A stretch of 63,819 nucleotides of DNA, counting the filler, from Chrysochromulina tobinii (Eukaryota), in the NCBI GenBank assembly GCA_001275005.1. It is 5 parts of 5 records of this genome, joined end to end, with 100 filler letters (N's around TTAATTAATTAA, not from the genome) between each part and the next. Parts side by side here need not be neighbours in the genome. Positions count along the whole stretch, not along the records: positions 37,103 to 52,256 come from JWZX01000029.1; positions 52,357 to 61,485 come from JWZX01000030.1; 3 more parts are not named here. One strand, written 5' to 3'. Positions 44,533 through 55,872 of this stretch are shown here, one piece after another; positions within the stretch are counted from its first letter, which is position 1; each line of letters opens with the position of its first letter. Both the position numbers and the translations under genes were made by a program. The notes under the pieces are model-generated. The model saw only the letters and a program-made list of their open reading frames with translations. It was not told the origin of the DNA and searched no databases.

Positions 44533-45881
44533 CTACGACTTGACGACATTGCCCTTGGCGGACACGTAGATGCCGTCAAGGAACTTGCGGATATCCTTCC
44601 GCTTGACGGCGCAGATCTGCTGGATGAGGGCGGCGGTGCGCGAGACGCAGTTGATGTCGTTGCCGACGAGGACGATCTCGTCCTTGACCTCGACAGTGCG
44701 GGTGACAGTGACGCCAGGGTCGCACTCCACGACGCGAACGATCTTCTCGCCCAAAAAGTTTCGAATTTCGACCCTGGTGCCCTTGTTCGCCATGGTCACG
44801 TTGATCGGGAAGTGCGCGTACACGAAGCGCATCTTGTACTCGAACCCCTGCGGAGACAAGCGCGCGCACGCACGGGGCGGGCGGGTCAGCGGCGGGGGCC
44901 AAGGTCGCCGAACGCGCGGGGGAGCGCGGCCAACGCGCGGGTCGGAGGCGCGACGGCGGCCAACAACGTCGATGTTCAAGGCTGATGCTTCTGATGCCAC
45001 CCCGCCCCCCTCGAGGCAGCCCCCTGCCGCTGCCGCCCCTGCTGCCGCGACCGCGACCGTGTGGCACCACGACCGCAGCATCGCTGCGAGTGCAACCGCC
45101 GTGGTCGACGAACACCGCGGCGCACCGCAACGACCGCCACCCTTGCAATCGCACTGCAGCCGCTGCACGGCAGTCCGCTCCGTCGCCGCCACCATCGCCG
45201 CCGCCACCATCGCCGCCGCCACTGCTGCCAGCTTCCCGTCACTTTCCCCGGCCGTCTGTTCCGTGCAGCAGCCGCCACCACACCCACTGCCGTCGCCCCG
45301 TGCGTTCGAGATCGCGCACGCGCGCGGGCGGCGCCGCTGGCGCACCTTGGTGACGCCGACGATCATGTTTTCGATGTGCGAGCACGCAGACTGGATGGAG
45401 GCACCCGCCTTGCCCGAGGTGAACCAGCGCTCAACGTGGACAATGTCCTGACCTTTATCGTTCTTGGTCACCGTGATGTCGAGCGGCAGGTGCGTCAAGT
45501 CCTTTTTGACCTCGCCGCGCGGGCCCTTGACTACGACCACGCGTGCCTTCACGGTGACCTTGACCCCGTCGGGGATCGGCACATCGGTTTGCTTCAATAT
45601 GGTCTTCTGCGAGTGCGTGAATACGGTGCAGCGCAGCAGACGATCAGCAAGAGGAAGCCTCGCACAAGGCGCGGCGGTGGCAGCGGCGCCAGAGAGACGC
45701 AGGTGGCGGCACAAAGAGAAGCTCCAAATCGACGGCGGCAGGAAGCCGCTCCACGAGAGAGCGAGCACGAGCGCCTGCCTACTCGCCGGTGCGAGGCGTA
45801 GCTCCACTCAGGCGGCCAGGCAACGAGGACGCGCAGCCGCCGCGTGCGCGCAGGCATCTTGGGGAAAGCGCTTTTCACCAT
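44533..45881 (-). CDS. RPL9: cytosolic 60S ribosomal protein L9 (uL6); exons ATG 45881-45879 (inferred), 45606-45346, 44847-44533
   Basis: [41 protein letters not shown] and [13 protein letters not shown]; spliced length 192 aa. Confidence 0.95.
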
Positions 45882-46266
45882 TGTCGACGTAGTCTGGCTA
45901 ATTGCGATCGTCATCTTCATCGTGAAGGTACACTCCGCTCTACTCACATCCCCGAGGCGCTCGGGCAATGCCGTTTCGCTTGTAAAAGAGAGGAGAGGTG
46001 ACAGATTCTTTGCGCTTGTACAGATCTACAGTTCTACACGAACACGTCCCCTGTGGCCTCCTTTCGAGCCCGCCCAAGCAAGCATCGAAACCCGGTGCTC
46101 TTCCGAGCACAAAGACCTTACTCTTTCCTTCAAGGTGCAGATGTTCAAACCCCCGAAGACCGCCGACCTGCCGACCAAAGGCGTTCACACCCCAGTCCGT
46201 TTGGAATCCCGACGAACGGTGCTCCAGATCTGGAATCCCTCTTTGGGCTCGAAAGCCCTCGTCGCG

Positions 46267-47058
46267 ATGCCGGTGGTCATGGCTACTCCGCTCGATACGC
46301 TCACGTATCATCTGACCAACATGCCGATAGCTGCGGGCGTCAGCTACGTCCTCGGCGTGTGGCTGGTCTTCGAGGCCATGAGCAAGCGCAAGGCGGTGGC
46401 GATCCCGAAGCCAGTTATGGTCGTGTACAACTTTGCGCAGGTGCTAATCAACGGGTACGTGGCGTACGCGATCGCGGCGCCCCTCGGCATGCGCGTCTGG
46501 GGCATCGGCTTGGTCGACTCGCCCGCGGTGCGCTACGGCGTCTGGCTGCACTACTTGTGCAAGTACCTTGACTTCACGGACACGCTGATCATCGTGCTGC
46601 GCAAGAAGGACGAGCAGCTCTCCTTCCTGCACGTGTGGCACCACGCGACCATCGTGATCGTCTGGGGCTGGGTCGTCAACACCTGGCCCAAGGCCGAGGA
46701 GGGCGGCTCGGCGGCATACGCGTACGGCGCGTGGATCAACTCGATCATCCACGTCATTATGTACGGGTACTACGGGCTGACGGCGATGGACATCCGGCCT
46801 CCCTTCAAGAAGGCGGTCACCACGTGCCAGCTCACGCAGTTTGCCTCGTGCATCGCGCACGCCATCGCCGCGCTCTTCCTCGACACGACGCCCATCTTTT
46901 ACAACGCGATACAGGTGCTCTACCACATTGGGATGCTGCGCCTCTTCCTGCCGCTGCTGCTCAAGGGGAAGCAGGATGGCGGCGCGAAGCCTGTCTGCCC
47001 GCCCTACCACGTGCCGCCCACGCCCACTGAAAAAGCCGCGCTCAAGAAAACGTCATGA
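46267..47058 (+). CDS. ELO/GNS1-SUR4 fatty acid elongase, C20 (delta5) PUFA elongase-like
   Basis: VWLHYLCKYLDFTDT..LRKK..QLSFLHVWHH, NSIIHVIMYGYY and T..QLTQF; C-terminal KKxx ER signal (KKTS). Confidence 0.93.
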   Translation: MPVVMATPLDTLTYHLTNMPIAAGVSYVLGVWLVFEAMSKRKAVAIPKPVMVVYNFAQVLINGYVAYAIAAPLGMRVWGIGLVDSPAVRYGVWLHYLCKYLDFTDTLIIVLRKKDEQLSFLHVWHHATIVIVWGWVVNTWPKAEEGGSAAYAYGAWINSIIHVIMYGYYGLTAMDIRPPFKKAVTTCQLTQFASCIAHAIAALFLDTTPIFYNAIQVLYHIGMLRLFLPLLLKGKQDGGAKPVCPPYHVPPTPTEKAALKKTS

Positions 47059-47628
47059 GCGGCCGCGGGAGCCCGCGCGCACGCCGCACGCGGTCCGTTT
47101 TGAGCTCCGACGGGTGTCGCGCCGGCGCCGGGCTTGTATTGCATTGCATGAGACTATGCCATGTGTGGCAGTGTAGCAGCAGAGTGTGATCGATACGGTA
47201 TAGTTCGAGCCGTGCCTCGCCCTCCTGCAAGTTCTCCGAAACACATGTGGCCTTTCACACTGCCAGTGATGGCCCGAAATCAATGGACAAAGCCCGAAAT
47301 GTTTTGTATTATCGCGTTTCGCGTGCATGAGCATGTTCGCGTGCATGTTGAGCATGGCTTGCTGAACTTGCCTGAACGCGGCTGACGCGTGAATCCCCAG
47401 TGACGGCGACGTTCGGCTCGTCAGAGCACTCCAAACCCGACACTCCAGGACATTTAACTTGTGTGAACCCTTTTACAGCCAGGACGGTCGCCCACAACTC
47501 GGCTTACAATTGTACATGGGCATTGTCGACACACGGCCCTCACGAACGGCGTGACGAACGGTACTCACTCACTCACGCGCGGTAAAATTCATTTCCGAAA
47601 GATTAGCAAGCGCCTCCTGCAGAGGACA

Positions 47629-50178
47629 ATGTTCAGCCGCACGAAGATCGGCGGGGCCAAGGCCCCCAAGCAGGTGGCGGTAGTGTCGGCGCAGACGCGC
47701 ACGCAGACGACGGCCCAGACGCTGGCAGCGGCCCAGGCCGTCGTGAAGCTGCAAGCCGTCGCCCGCGGCCACTCATCGCGGAAGCTCGTCAATGGCGTGC
47801 GCGAGGCCGTCGCTGCGGAAACGCTGGTCGCGATGAACCTCGTGCGCTGCCTCCGAGCGTCGCGCCGCGCCCACGCCCGCATGACTACGTTTCCGTGCGC
47901 TCACGCCCAGCGCGCGCCATGCCCTCCCCTTGCTGCGCAGCTTGGCTCCGAGCTCGAGTACCTCAACGCGCTCACCGAGGTGTGCGAGAGGTTCGAGGGG
48001 CCGCTGGCGCGAGCGTCGGTGCCAGAGAAGACGCTGAGCGCCGTCTTCTCGGCCATGCCCAATCTCATCAGACTCCACCGATCGCTCGTCACCGCGCTCG
48101 AGGCCTTCGCCTCCGGAGTGGGGACGCAAGGTGCGAGGACAGGGAAGGCGCGCCCGAAGGCGAGCGGGAAGACGAACGGGAAAACGAGCGCCGTGGTGGC
48201 CCAGGGGAACGAGACGCGCTTGGCCGAGCTGCAGGCGGAGCTCAAGGAGGCAGTCGAGGCCGAGGACTATGCCAAGGCGGCCGAGCTCAAGCCGCAGATC
48301 AAGGAGCTCAAGGCGACCATCGATGCGGCCACGGAAGCCGTCGTGGGCGCCACCGACGACGGCACGGCGGTGGCCACTGACGACGGCGCGCCGAAGCGCA
48401 GGCGGCTTGCGTCGTTGCTACTGGAATTCGTGCCGCAGCTGAGCGAGATGTACATGCGGTACGCGCGCCAGTGGGCCGCCGAGGCTGAGTACACGCTCCG
48501 TCTACTTGAGAATGATCCGAGCTGCGTGGCCATCGTCGGCTCGCGTGCGCTCGACGTGGCGCACGACGAGGGCGGGCCGCCGGCCACGCCGCGCGAGAGC
48601 GGCGAAGCTTGCGGCGGTGGCGGCCCGCTGCCCCCGCGAACCTCCAAGCTGCGAGCGCTGCTGGAGATCGCCCTCGAGCGCGTGGCTGTGTATGAAATCT
48701 CCGTCGTCGAGATACAGCTGGCGACGCAGCCGGCAGACCCAGGATGGGCGACGATCGCCTCGCTTCTCGAGGCGCTGGTCGAACTCGCTCAGCAGATGAG
48801 CGCGCAGCGGCAGGAGCTTGCACGGCGCACCGCGCTGCGCAACGTGCACGCCCGCTTCAAGCCGGGCGAGGTGGACGAGCTGCTCGATGAGGCGCCGCGG
48901 CGGGCGCTCGTGCATTCGGGCGTGCTGCTCAAGGCGAACAGGGTGGGCAAGCTGGTGCGCCACTACTTCCTCTTCGTCGATGGCACCATCCTGACGGCGG
49001 AGAGCGCTCCCAAGAGCGCCATGAGCTCCAAGAGCTCCAAGGCCTCGGCGCCGCTCAAAAAGTGCAAGTGGCTCTCGCTCGAGGGAGCCTCCTTGCGCAT
49101 CGCTCCCTTGGCGGATCCATCACCGTGCTACTTTGAGATCTGCTACGCAGGCGATGGCACTCTCTCGGGCGCGGGCGACGCCACCCCCCGCAAGACGGCG
49201 GCCGCCGAGAAGGAGAAGACGAGTGCCCTCTGGGCCGAGTCAGCGGGTGCGCGCGACGAGTGGGTACAGCAGCTGCTCAAGGTGCTGCATGCCATGGCGC
49301 CCGCGCCGCCGCCGCCGATGCCGCCCAAGCCGCGCTACTCGGCGACGGACGCTCAGGTACGCCGGCAGCTCCGTGCGCGCGTCGCGTGCTACGCGCGCGA
49401 GGCGGCGCTCGTGCGTGGCGGCTGGCACGCGGCCGTGCTCGAGAACGACGAGGGCGCGACCCTAAGCAGGTGGCTCGAGCACTGCCCCGAGCAAGTGGGC
49501 ACGCGCGAGGCGGTGCTCGGGGCGACGCCGCTGCACCTTGCTGTTGAGGCGGGCGCGTTCGAGGCTGTCCAGATGCTGCTCGCCGCGATGCCCTCCAGCC
49601 TCGTCGACGAGGCCGACAGCAGCGGCCTCACCCCTCTCTACGTCGCCGTCCTCTGCCTTGTCACCCCCGCCGCCGAGGCCGCCACCGGGGGTGGCAGCGG
49701 CGCCTCCGGCGCGCCCGTGAGCACCGTAGTGAGCGCCGACTCGCGCCTGAGCATCGTGCAGCTGCTGCTGAAGGCGAGGGCCAACGTGCACGGCAACGCC
49801 CTCCGCGCGGGCGTCGACACGCCGCTCTTGATGGCCCTAGGCGCGGGCCACGCGCGCGCTGTCAACATGCTGCTCACCTCGGGGGCCTACCCGCGCGACG
49901 TGTGCCTCGGAGGTCGGCGGATGTCGGCGCTCGAGTTGGCCATCTCCACCCATCAGCCGCCGATGGTGTACGCCCTCCTCCGCGCGGGCGTCAGCGTCGC
50001 GAGCTCCCCCGACCAGCCCTCGCTCCTCCACCTCGCATGCTCGCACCAACCGCCGAGCGCGGCCATCGTGAGCGCGCTGCTCGAGCACGGTGCGCAGCCA
50101 AATCTGCCCGACGTGCGTGGCATACGCCCCATACAGCTCCTCGCGCCCGCCGCCGCTGCCGCCGCTGCCGTGCTGACC

Positions 50179-50219
<41 letters not shown>

Positions 50220-51180
50220 TGGTGACGGCGACGAGGCGTCCGCCGCCCACGACGGTGGCGAGGCCAACTCTCCCAGCGCGCCCTTGATGCCGTGGCTGGC
50301 CAGCTCGCCCTCAGCACCGGCGGGGGTGGAGTTCACCGCGCTGTGCGAGACGATGACGGCGCTCGTCTCGGGCGGCGCGAGGCTCGAGGTGCACGGCAAG
50401 CCGATGCTCGCTCCCGAGACGCACCCAACGCTCGCCCACTTCGCCAAGCAGGCGGCGGCCAAGTACAAGGCTGACAAGGCGGTGCCGCGTCTGCAGCAAG
50501 TCGCCGACCATGCCTTCTCGGAGAAGGTGCACGCCCAGCTCGGCTGCGCATGGGTCGAGGACAGCAAGCTAGCCGCGTGCATGGGATGCAACACCCCCTT
50601 CACCTCGACGCTGATGACGTCGGGCCGCCATCACTGCAGGATGCTCGGCATCACCGTGTGCGAGGCGTGCTCGACCAAGCGCGTCATTGTCCCTGGTCAG
50701 GGCACGAGCGGGGTGCGCGTGTGCGACGCCGCGTACAACGTCGCGCGCCACCTCGGCCGCCTCGCCGACGCCCACGACACCGCCGCCCCCGCCGCCACCG
50801 CTGCTAGGCCGCCGCCCCCGCCCAGGCCAGCCGCCGGCGGCAGCGCCCCGACCAAGCCCACCGTCGATCGCGAGGTGGCCGCGCGCCTCGACCTCCTCGG
50901 AAGCAGCAGCCGCGCGGCAGCCACCAGCGGCGGCGCGGCCGGCGGCGGCGACTCCGCGTACAAGCAAGCGCGCACGGCTCAAGACGCGCGGTACAAGAAC
51001 TCGATTGGCGCTGCCTCGGCGGCGCACGAGGCGCACGCGGCGCTGCGCGAGCGCGGCGAAAAGCTCGCCTCGCTCAACGATAAAGCCGGGAACCTGGCGA
51101 ACGATGCAGAGCAGTTTCATGACTTGGCACGCCAGCTGCGCCTGCAGGCTGAGAGGAATTCGAAATGGCTACCGTTCTGA
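47629..51180 (+). CDS. IQ, RhoGEF(DH, with UVR insert), PH, ankyrin, FYVE-like and R-SNARE multidomain protein; probable intron 47842-47940
   Basis: KLQAVARG (IQ); SELEYLNAL..VFSAMPNLIRLH..Y..YA..LLEIALERVAVY (DH); LVHSGVLLK..RHYFLFVD..AES..RDEWVQQL (PH); GATPLHLAV, GLTPLYVA (ANK); WVED..RHHCR..RVC (FYVE); LRERGEKLASLNDKA (R-SNARE). Confidence 0.85.
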
Positions 51181-52179
51181 GGAAGTGTGCGCGCGACGGC
51201 GCTGCGGACGCGGAGAGTGGCGGGTGGCAGCCCTCGTGGGGATCGATCGGCGGGTGTGCATGATTGTGATTTGTGTGGACTGTGTGGCCGGTGAGACATA
51301 ATTCATCATTGGACATTGCACGAATTCTTCCTTTTTCAGGGCGCGACCCCTAAGCTTCCGCGGCGGCGCTACGGTTTTTGATGACCGAGACCGTTCCGAA
51401 GCAACGTTACGTATAAGACTTTAATACGATTCCGTACCGGATCTCGGCGTACTTCTCGCGGGGCCCGCGCGCCCGGCGCGCGCGGGCGGGTGAGGCGTGA
51501 GGTGAGCGGCCCGATCGCCGATGACCGCCGTCCTGATCGATAACACACGTTGTATATGGTTAGTGAGTTTTTAATTAATTAATGACACTGACGATCCCCT
51601 GACGAACCCTTGACGTAACCCGTCTCTGATGATCATTGCTCTTGATACATGAAGATTTGGGCCCGACTCGGATCTCTAACCTGGCACTCCGTAACCTGCG
51701 GTCCTAGAATCCTATACTGTCCTGAGTACCGGAGATCACACTGTGTGCTGGGAGAGACCGACCTCACTAGCGAAATTGAGTAGCCCGAGCGAGCGAGTAC
51801 TCAGTACTTGTGTTGACCGAGGGGAGCGGAGCCGTCCGTCGAGACGGTGAAAAATCGCAACCGAAACATCAAATAGGTTCCAAAAAAGGGGTCTGAGGAA
51901 TGAAATGCATGCGACTATGGACGTCCGGCTCCGTGCACCAGCGTGTCCCCAGACGCTCATCTTCGGCCGACCGAAGGCCACACACCGGCCCAAGGCAACG
52001 CACGAGTGAGCGCGTGCACTCACTCCCCCACCCTGCGTATCAATTTAGTTAAAGGAGGTGGAGTGAGCGTGGGGGGACCGCGAAGAAACTGAACTGAACT
52101 GAACTGTCCTGGAAAAGATGGTCAAATCTGTTGTGAATTCACAGTATCTAACTGTGGACAAGTTGCCGTCGAGGTTATT

Positions 52180-52256
52180 GCTCAACACGGACTTAATAGT
52201 CACACCACATGCTCAACACGGACTTAGCAAGTCCGTGTTGAGCTAAGTCCGTGTTG
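52180..52256. repeat. direct plus inverted subterminal-type repeats at contig end
   Basis: GCTCAACACGGACTT twice in direct orientation, then a full and a truncated inverted copy; perfect 15-bp hairpin at 52211-52243. Confidence 0.8.
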
Positions 52257-52356
52257 NNNNNNNNNNNNNNNNNNNNNNNNNNNNNNNNNNNNNNNNNNNN
52301 TTAATTAATTAANNNNNNNNNNNNNNNNNNNNNNNNNNNNNNNNNNNNNNNNNNNN
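52257..52356. other. artificial contig linker
   Basis: N-TTAATTAATTAA-N, 100 nt. Confidence 0.98.
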
Positions 52357-52546
52357 GCAGGGACCGGGATGTCGCGCTCACCAGGCTGCCTTTGTGTAGT
52401 TTGATGAACCTGCAATCACCAACCTACGCGACCAAGTTTACAGTACTGAACTGAACTATTATAGGAGGACCTTGTCAAGTCTAGACTCACGTTTCCCATG
52501 AATTGGGAAGAGCCACCAGCATCACGTGTGGGCCACGGTTACATGT

Positions 52547-53158
52547 ATGTCGACGTCTGTCCTGTTCGCGCCGCTGTGCTTATCGCTCGCGATCTCCGTG
52601 CGTAAGGCTGATCTAAGAAATCGTGCCGACGCAGCTGCTATTTGCGACATCCGCGCGCCAACACAATTCGTGGTTGAAGACGGCACCACCGGGTTCATGG
52701 GACAGAAGGTCAAGTTTGATCCCGAAACTGCACACGCGCGGCGTGTCGAAGCGCGGCTCGGCACGGCCATCCGCGACAATGCGACCGTGCTCATCGCCAC
52801 CGACGACTCAGCCGCAGCCGTGGCTGTCGTCGGAACTGCCGACCTGATACCGATCGCAGCCGGTCGCGGTCGTCGTTCGACGGCTCCCGACTTGCCACGG
52901 CGGCTACTGCTTCGAAACCTCTGGGTAGCCGAGTCGCGCCGACGGCAGGGCATCGCACGCCAGCTGATGACGGCCGTCGAAACGGAGACTGTCAAGCAGG
53001 GCGTCTCCTTGATCTCGCTCGAGGTCGATCGCACCAACGTGCCCGCGATAACTCTGTACAGGGACCTTGGTTTTGAGGAGATAGAGGAGTCACCCAACCT
53101 TCCCAAGTGGATGCAGGGTATGCTGCCTCCGCTTGTGCTTGGAAAGTGGCTGGAGTAG
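52547..53158 (+). CDS. GNAT-family N-acetyltransferase
   Basis: LRNLWVAESRRRQGIARQLM (motif A) and LEVDRTNVPAITLYRDLGF (motif B). Confidence 0.92.
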   Translation: MSTSVLFAPLCLSLAISVRKADLRNRADAAAICDIRAPTQFVVEDGTTGFMGQKVKFDPETAHARRVEARLGTAIRDNATVLIATDDSAAAVAVVGTADLIPIAAGRGRRSTAPDLPRRLLLRNLWVAESRRRQGIARQLMTAVETETVKQGVSLISLEVDRTNVPAITLYRDLGFEEIEESPNLPKWMQGMLPPLVLGKWLE

Positions 53159-53366
53159 TAGGGTTGAGGAACAGGATATATATTTGATAGACTCGAACAC
53201 TGAAGATGTACACACAGCGGTGCCCTTACGGTGCCCGACGGGCGGGAGCTCGCACGACCGGACCGACGACCACGCACTCGCCTACTCGCTCTCCACAGGG
53301 GTTCGAGGTTGGCCCGGTGGCGGCTGGCGCCTCGAACCTCGACGTGTTTGTTCCGCGGGAGTTTCC

Positions 53367-55155
53367 TCATGAAACTTCTACATAATCTGCCAGGTTCTCG
53401 AGAGAGCTTCGAGCAGAGCAGTTTGGGACGTCCGCCGCCGCCCTCCCTAATTCACGTGTGGACGCGTACTCAACGACGAAGCTGTTGCGGCGTGAACTGC
53501 CGCTTACGCGCGAAGGATCGCGGCTCCGCAGTAGCACCACACCAGCAGTCGTCGAAGAAGCAGCTCGGAGGAGTGCGCCCCGTGCCGGGGAGGGGGCAAC
53601 GGAAGAGGCGCGGCGCACGATCTTTTCCTCATCGAGCTTCTCCTTGTTGGTCGCCAGGAAGAAGGGTATGTAGATCAACCCCCCGCCGGCCACGCCAACC
53701 AGGACGGTGATGGCTTGGGATGACGTGAGAGTAATGATGCCCATCGTGATGGAGACGAGGCACGGGGGAATAATGAAGAGAGCGAGGCCGACCGTTCCAA
53801 GGGGAATGCGGTAGGGTCTTTCCATCTCAGGCCGCGACATTCGCAGCTTGACGACAGAGGAGAACTCGAGAAGGGCTTGCAGCGAGGAGAAGAAGTTGTC
53901 GATGCACAAGATCGAGTTGAAGTCGAGAGAGATCATCAGCGCAACAATCGTCGCCTGCACGGTGATGGCAACGACTGGCGTCCCACTACAGCCTCGGGTC
54001 GCGAAGAATCGCGGCAACAGCCCGACTTCGGCCATTCCAAGTAGCTGATGGGAATCCTCAAGCAGTTGCGAAGCAAAGACGACCCCAGTTTGACACAGCG
54101 ACTGTGATGGAGATCCAAAGCGCTAGCCAGCTGCCCGCGACATTGAAGGCCACGGTGACGTACGAGCCGTCCTCCCAGCAGTCCCAGCCCGCATCCGCAC
54201 CAGAGGCTGCGAAGCCCGGCAGTGAATACGTCAAGAGGATGACGGCTAGTGAAGAGAAGAGGGCACGCGGATACGTCTTTGAGGGCTCAAAGACCTCGCC
54301 AGCAATCGTCGACGCGCAATCGAAGCCGGAGAGGTTCCAGTACAGGGTAGTGAACCCAACAGTAGCCGCCGAGGCGCTGAGTTTCGCGGGCTGCTTCACG
54401 AAGTTGGCGACCTTCCATTGGCCGAGTGCACATGCGACCAAGGCAAAGTAGGGCAGCGTGGACACCGCGAATGCCAGCGTAAGGCAATGCCCGACGAGCG
54501 CGGATGAGATGTAATTCGGTAGCACGAAGATGGCGAGGATGCCGAGCTTGATGCCGTACTCTTGCAGGCAGCCCGTGCTGAGGGGTAACAAGCACGTCAG
54601 CAAGAATGGCAGGTCTTCCTCGTCGTCGCCATGGTGCTCGCCGCCACTGCCAGGCTCGTATGCGTCGTAGGAGTAGGAGTCATTGCCGTAGGTGCGCGCG
54701 GGGCAGCTGGTTTCGTTGACGGAAACTACGTCGCCACCTAGGCCGTCAAAGAGATTCTTGATACACGAGTACAAGAGCACAGGGTAGATTGCGGAGTCCA
54801 CGACACCAGAGCACCACGAATAGTAAGACTGCTGTATCCCCCAAAACGGCCCCCAGGCTGCTTGCACCCAGAGACTGTAGCCACCATTATAAGGGAATGC
54901 AGTGGACAGCTCGGCGGTGACCATCGACTGCGGAACCGAGAAGCAGAGAGCCATCACGAGGAATGCGCTGAGCCCACCTATCGGCCCAAAGGCTGCTATC
55001 ACGCCTTCCGACCCGATAGGACTCCCACAAATGTTGAAGAACACTACGCCAAGCAGGGCGAGCTGGCCAATTGGGCGGTGCTCGTGGGCAGCAGACTGGC
55101 TGGGCCTCTCTTCCTCGAGCAGTGGCGTGCCTTGTAACAAAGAAGGTGCTGACAT
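53367..55155 (-). CDS. APC-superfamily polyamine/amino acid transporter (PUT/RMV1-like), split by a 1-nt frameshift near 54083
   Basis: FFNICGSPIGSE, VTAELSTAFPYNGGYSLWV, WNLSGFDCASTIAGEV..P.KTYP, GMAEVGLLPRFF and LRMSRPEMERPYRIP. Confidence 0.9.
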
Positions 55156-55715
55156 GAGTACCGGTAAGATACCGCGGCCCCCCCTCTTCTCACTTCTGAT
55201 CGGCACCGCCGAGGAATCCCCCCATCATCAGTGTAAGGAACGGACCCGTGGAAATTCGTGATTGTTTTCAGACAAGTCTACTTCCACATTATGGTGTTAC
55301 GGTCGCGCAACAGTATCGCGACCCAACGTCCCTCCGGACGCGTTGACCCTCGTCCCTGGTGCCTGGGCCCTGCCTCCGTCCCCATACCGTCCCCAGGGCC
55401 CAGCGGAGAGCCTCTAGCCTCTTTCTTCCGAGACAGGGTCTCAGAAACCGCGATTTCACAAAGCGCCGATAAGGGCGGGTGAGGCGGAGGTGCTACCGAT
55501 TTCTGGATCAGCGCTCACGGATAGAAATTGGGCACGCTGCTGGCGTCGAGCGGGTCGCTTGAAGCCGGCGAGACTGCGAGACTGCGAGACTGTGGGTTGC
55601 TCGAAGCCGGCGAGACTGCGAGACTGAGCGACCCAGCGCATCTGAATTCACCAATCGGGTGAATTACACACCTCATTCGTAGAAATTGCCGTTGTTGGAC
55701 AGGTGCAACTCAACG

Positions 55716-55837
55716 CAACGTATGATCCCAACGTATGATCCCAACGTATGATCCCAACGTATGATCCCAACGTATGATCCCAACGTATGATCCCAACGTA
55801 TGATCCCAACGGATGATCCCAACGGATGATCCCAACG
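55716..55837. repeat. 13-bp minisatellite (CAACGTATGATCC) x ~9
   Basis: Direct reading; the last two full units carry T>G. Confidence 0.95.
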
Positions 55838-55872
55838 GCCGTCTGTTCATGGGCCGGTGCCGGATCCCCTGA

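Noticed and set aside
55716..55837. CRISPR array or telomeric repeat
   Set aside because: Head-to-tail 13-mer without spacers, internal to the contig and not TTAGGG-like.
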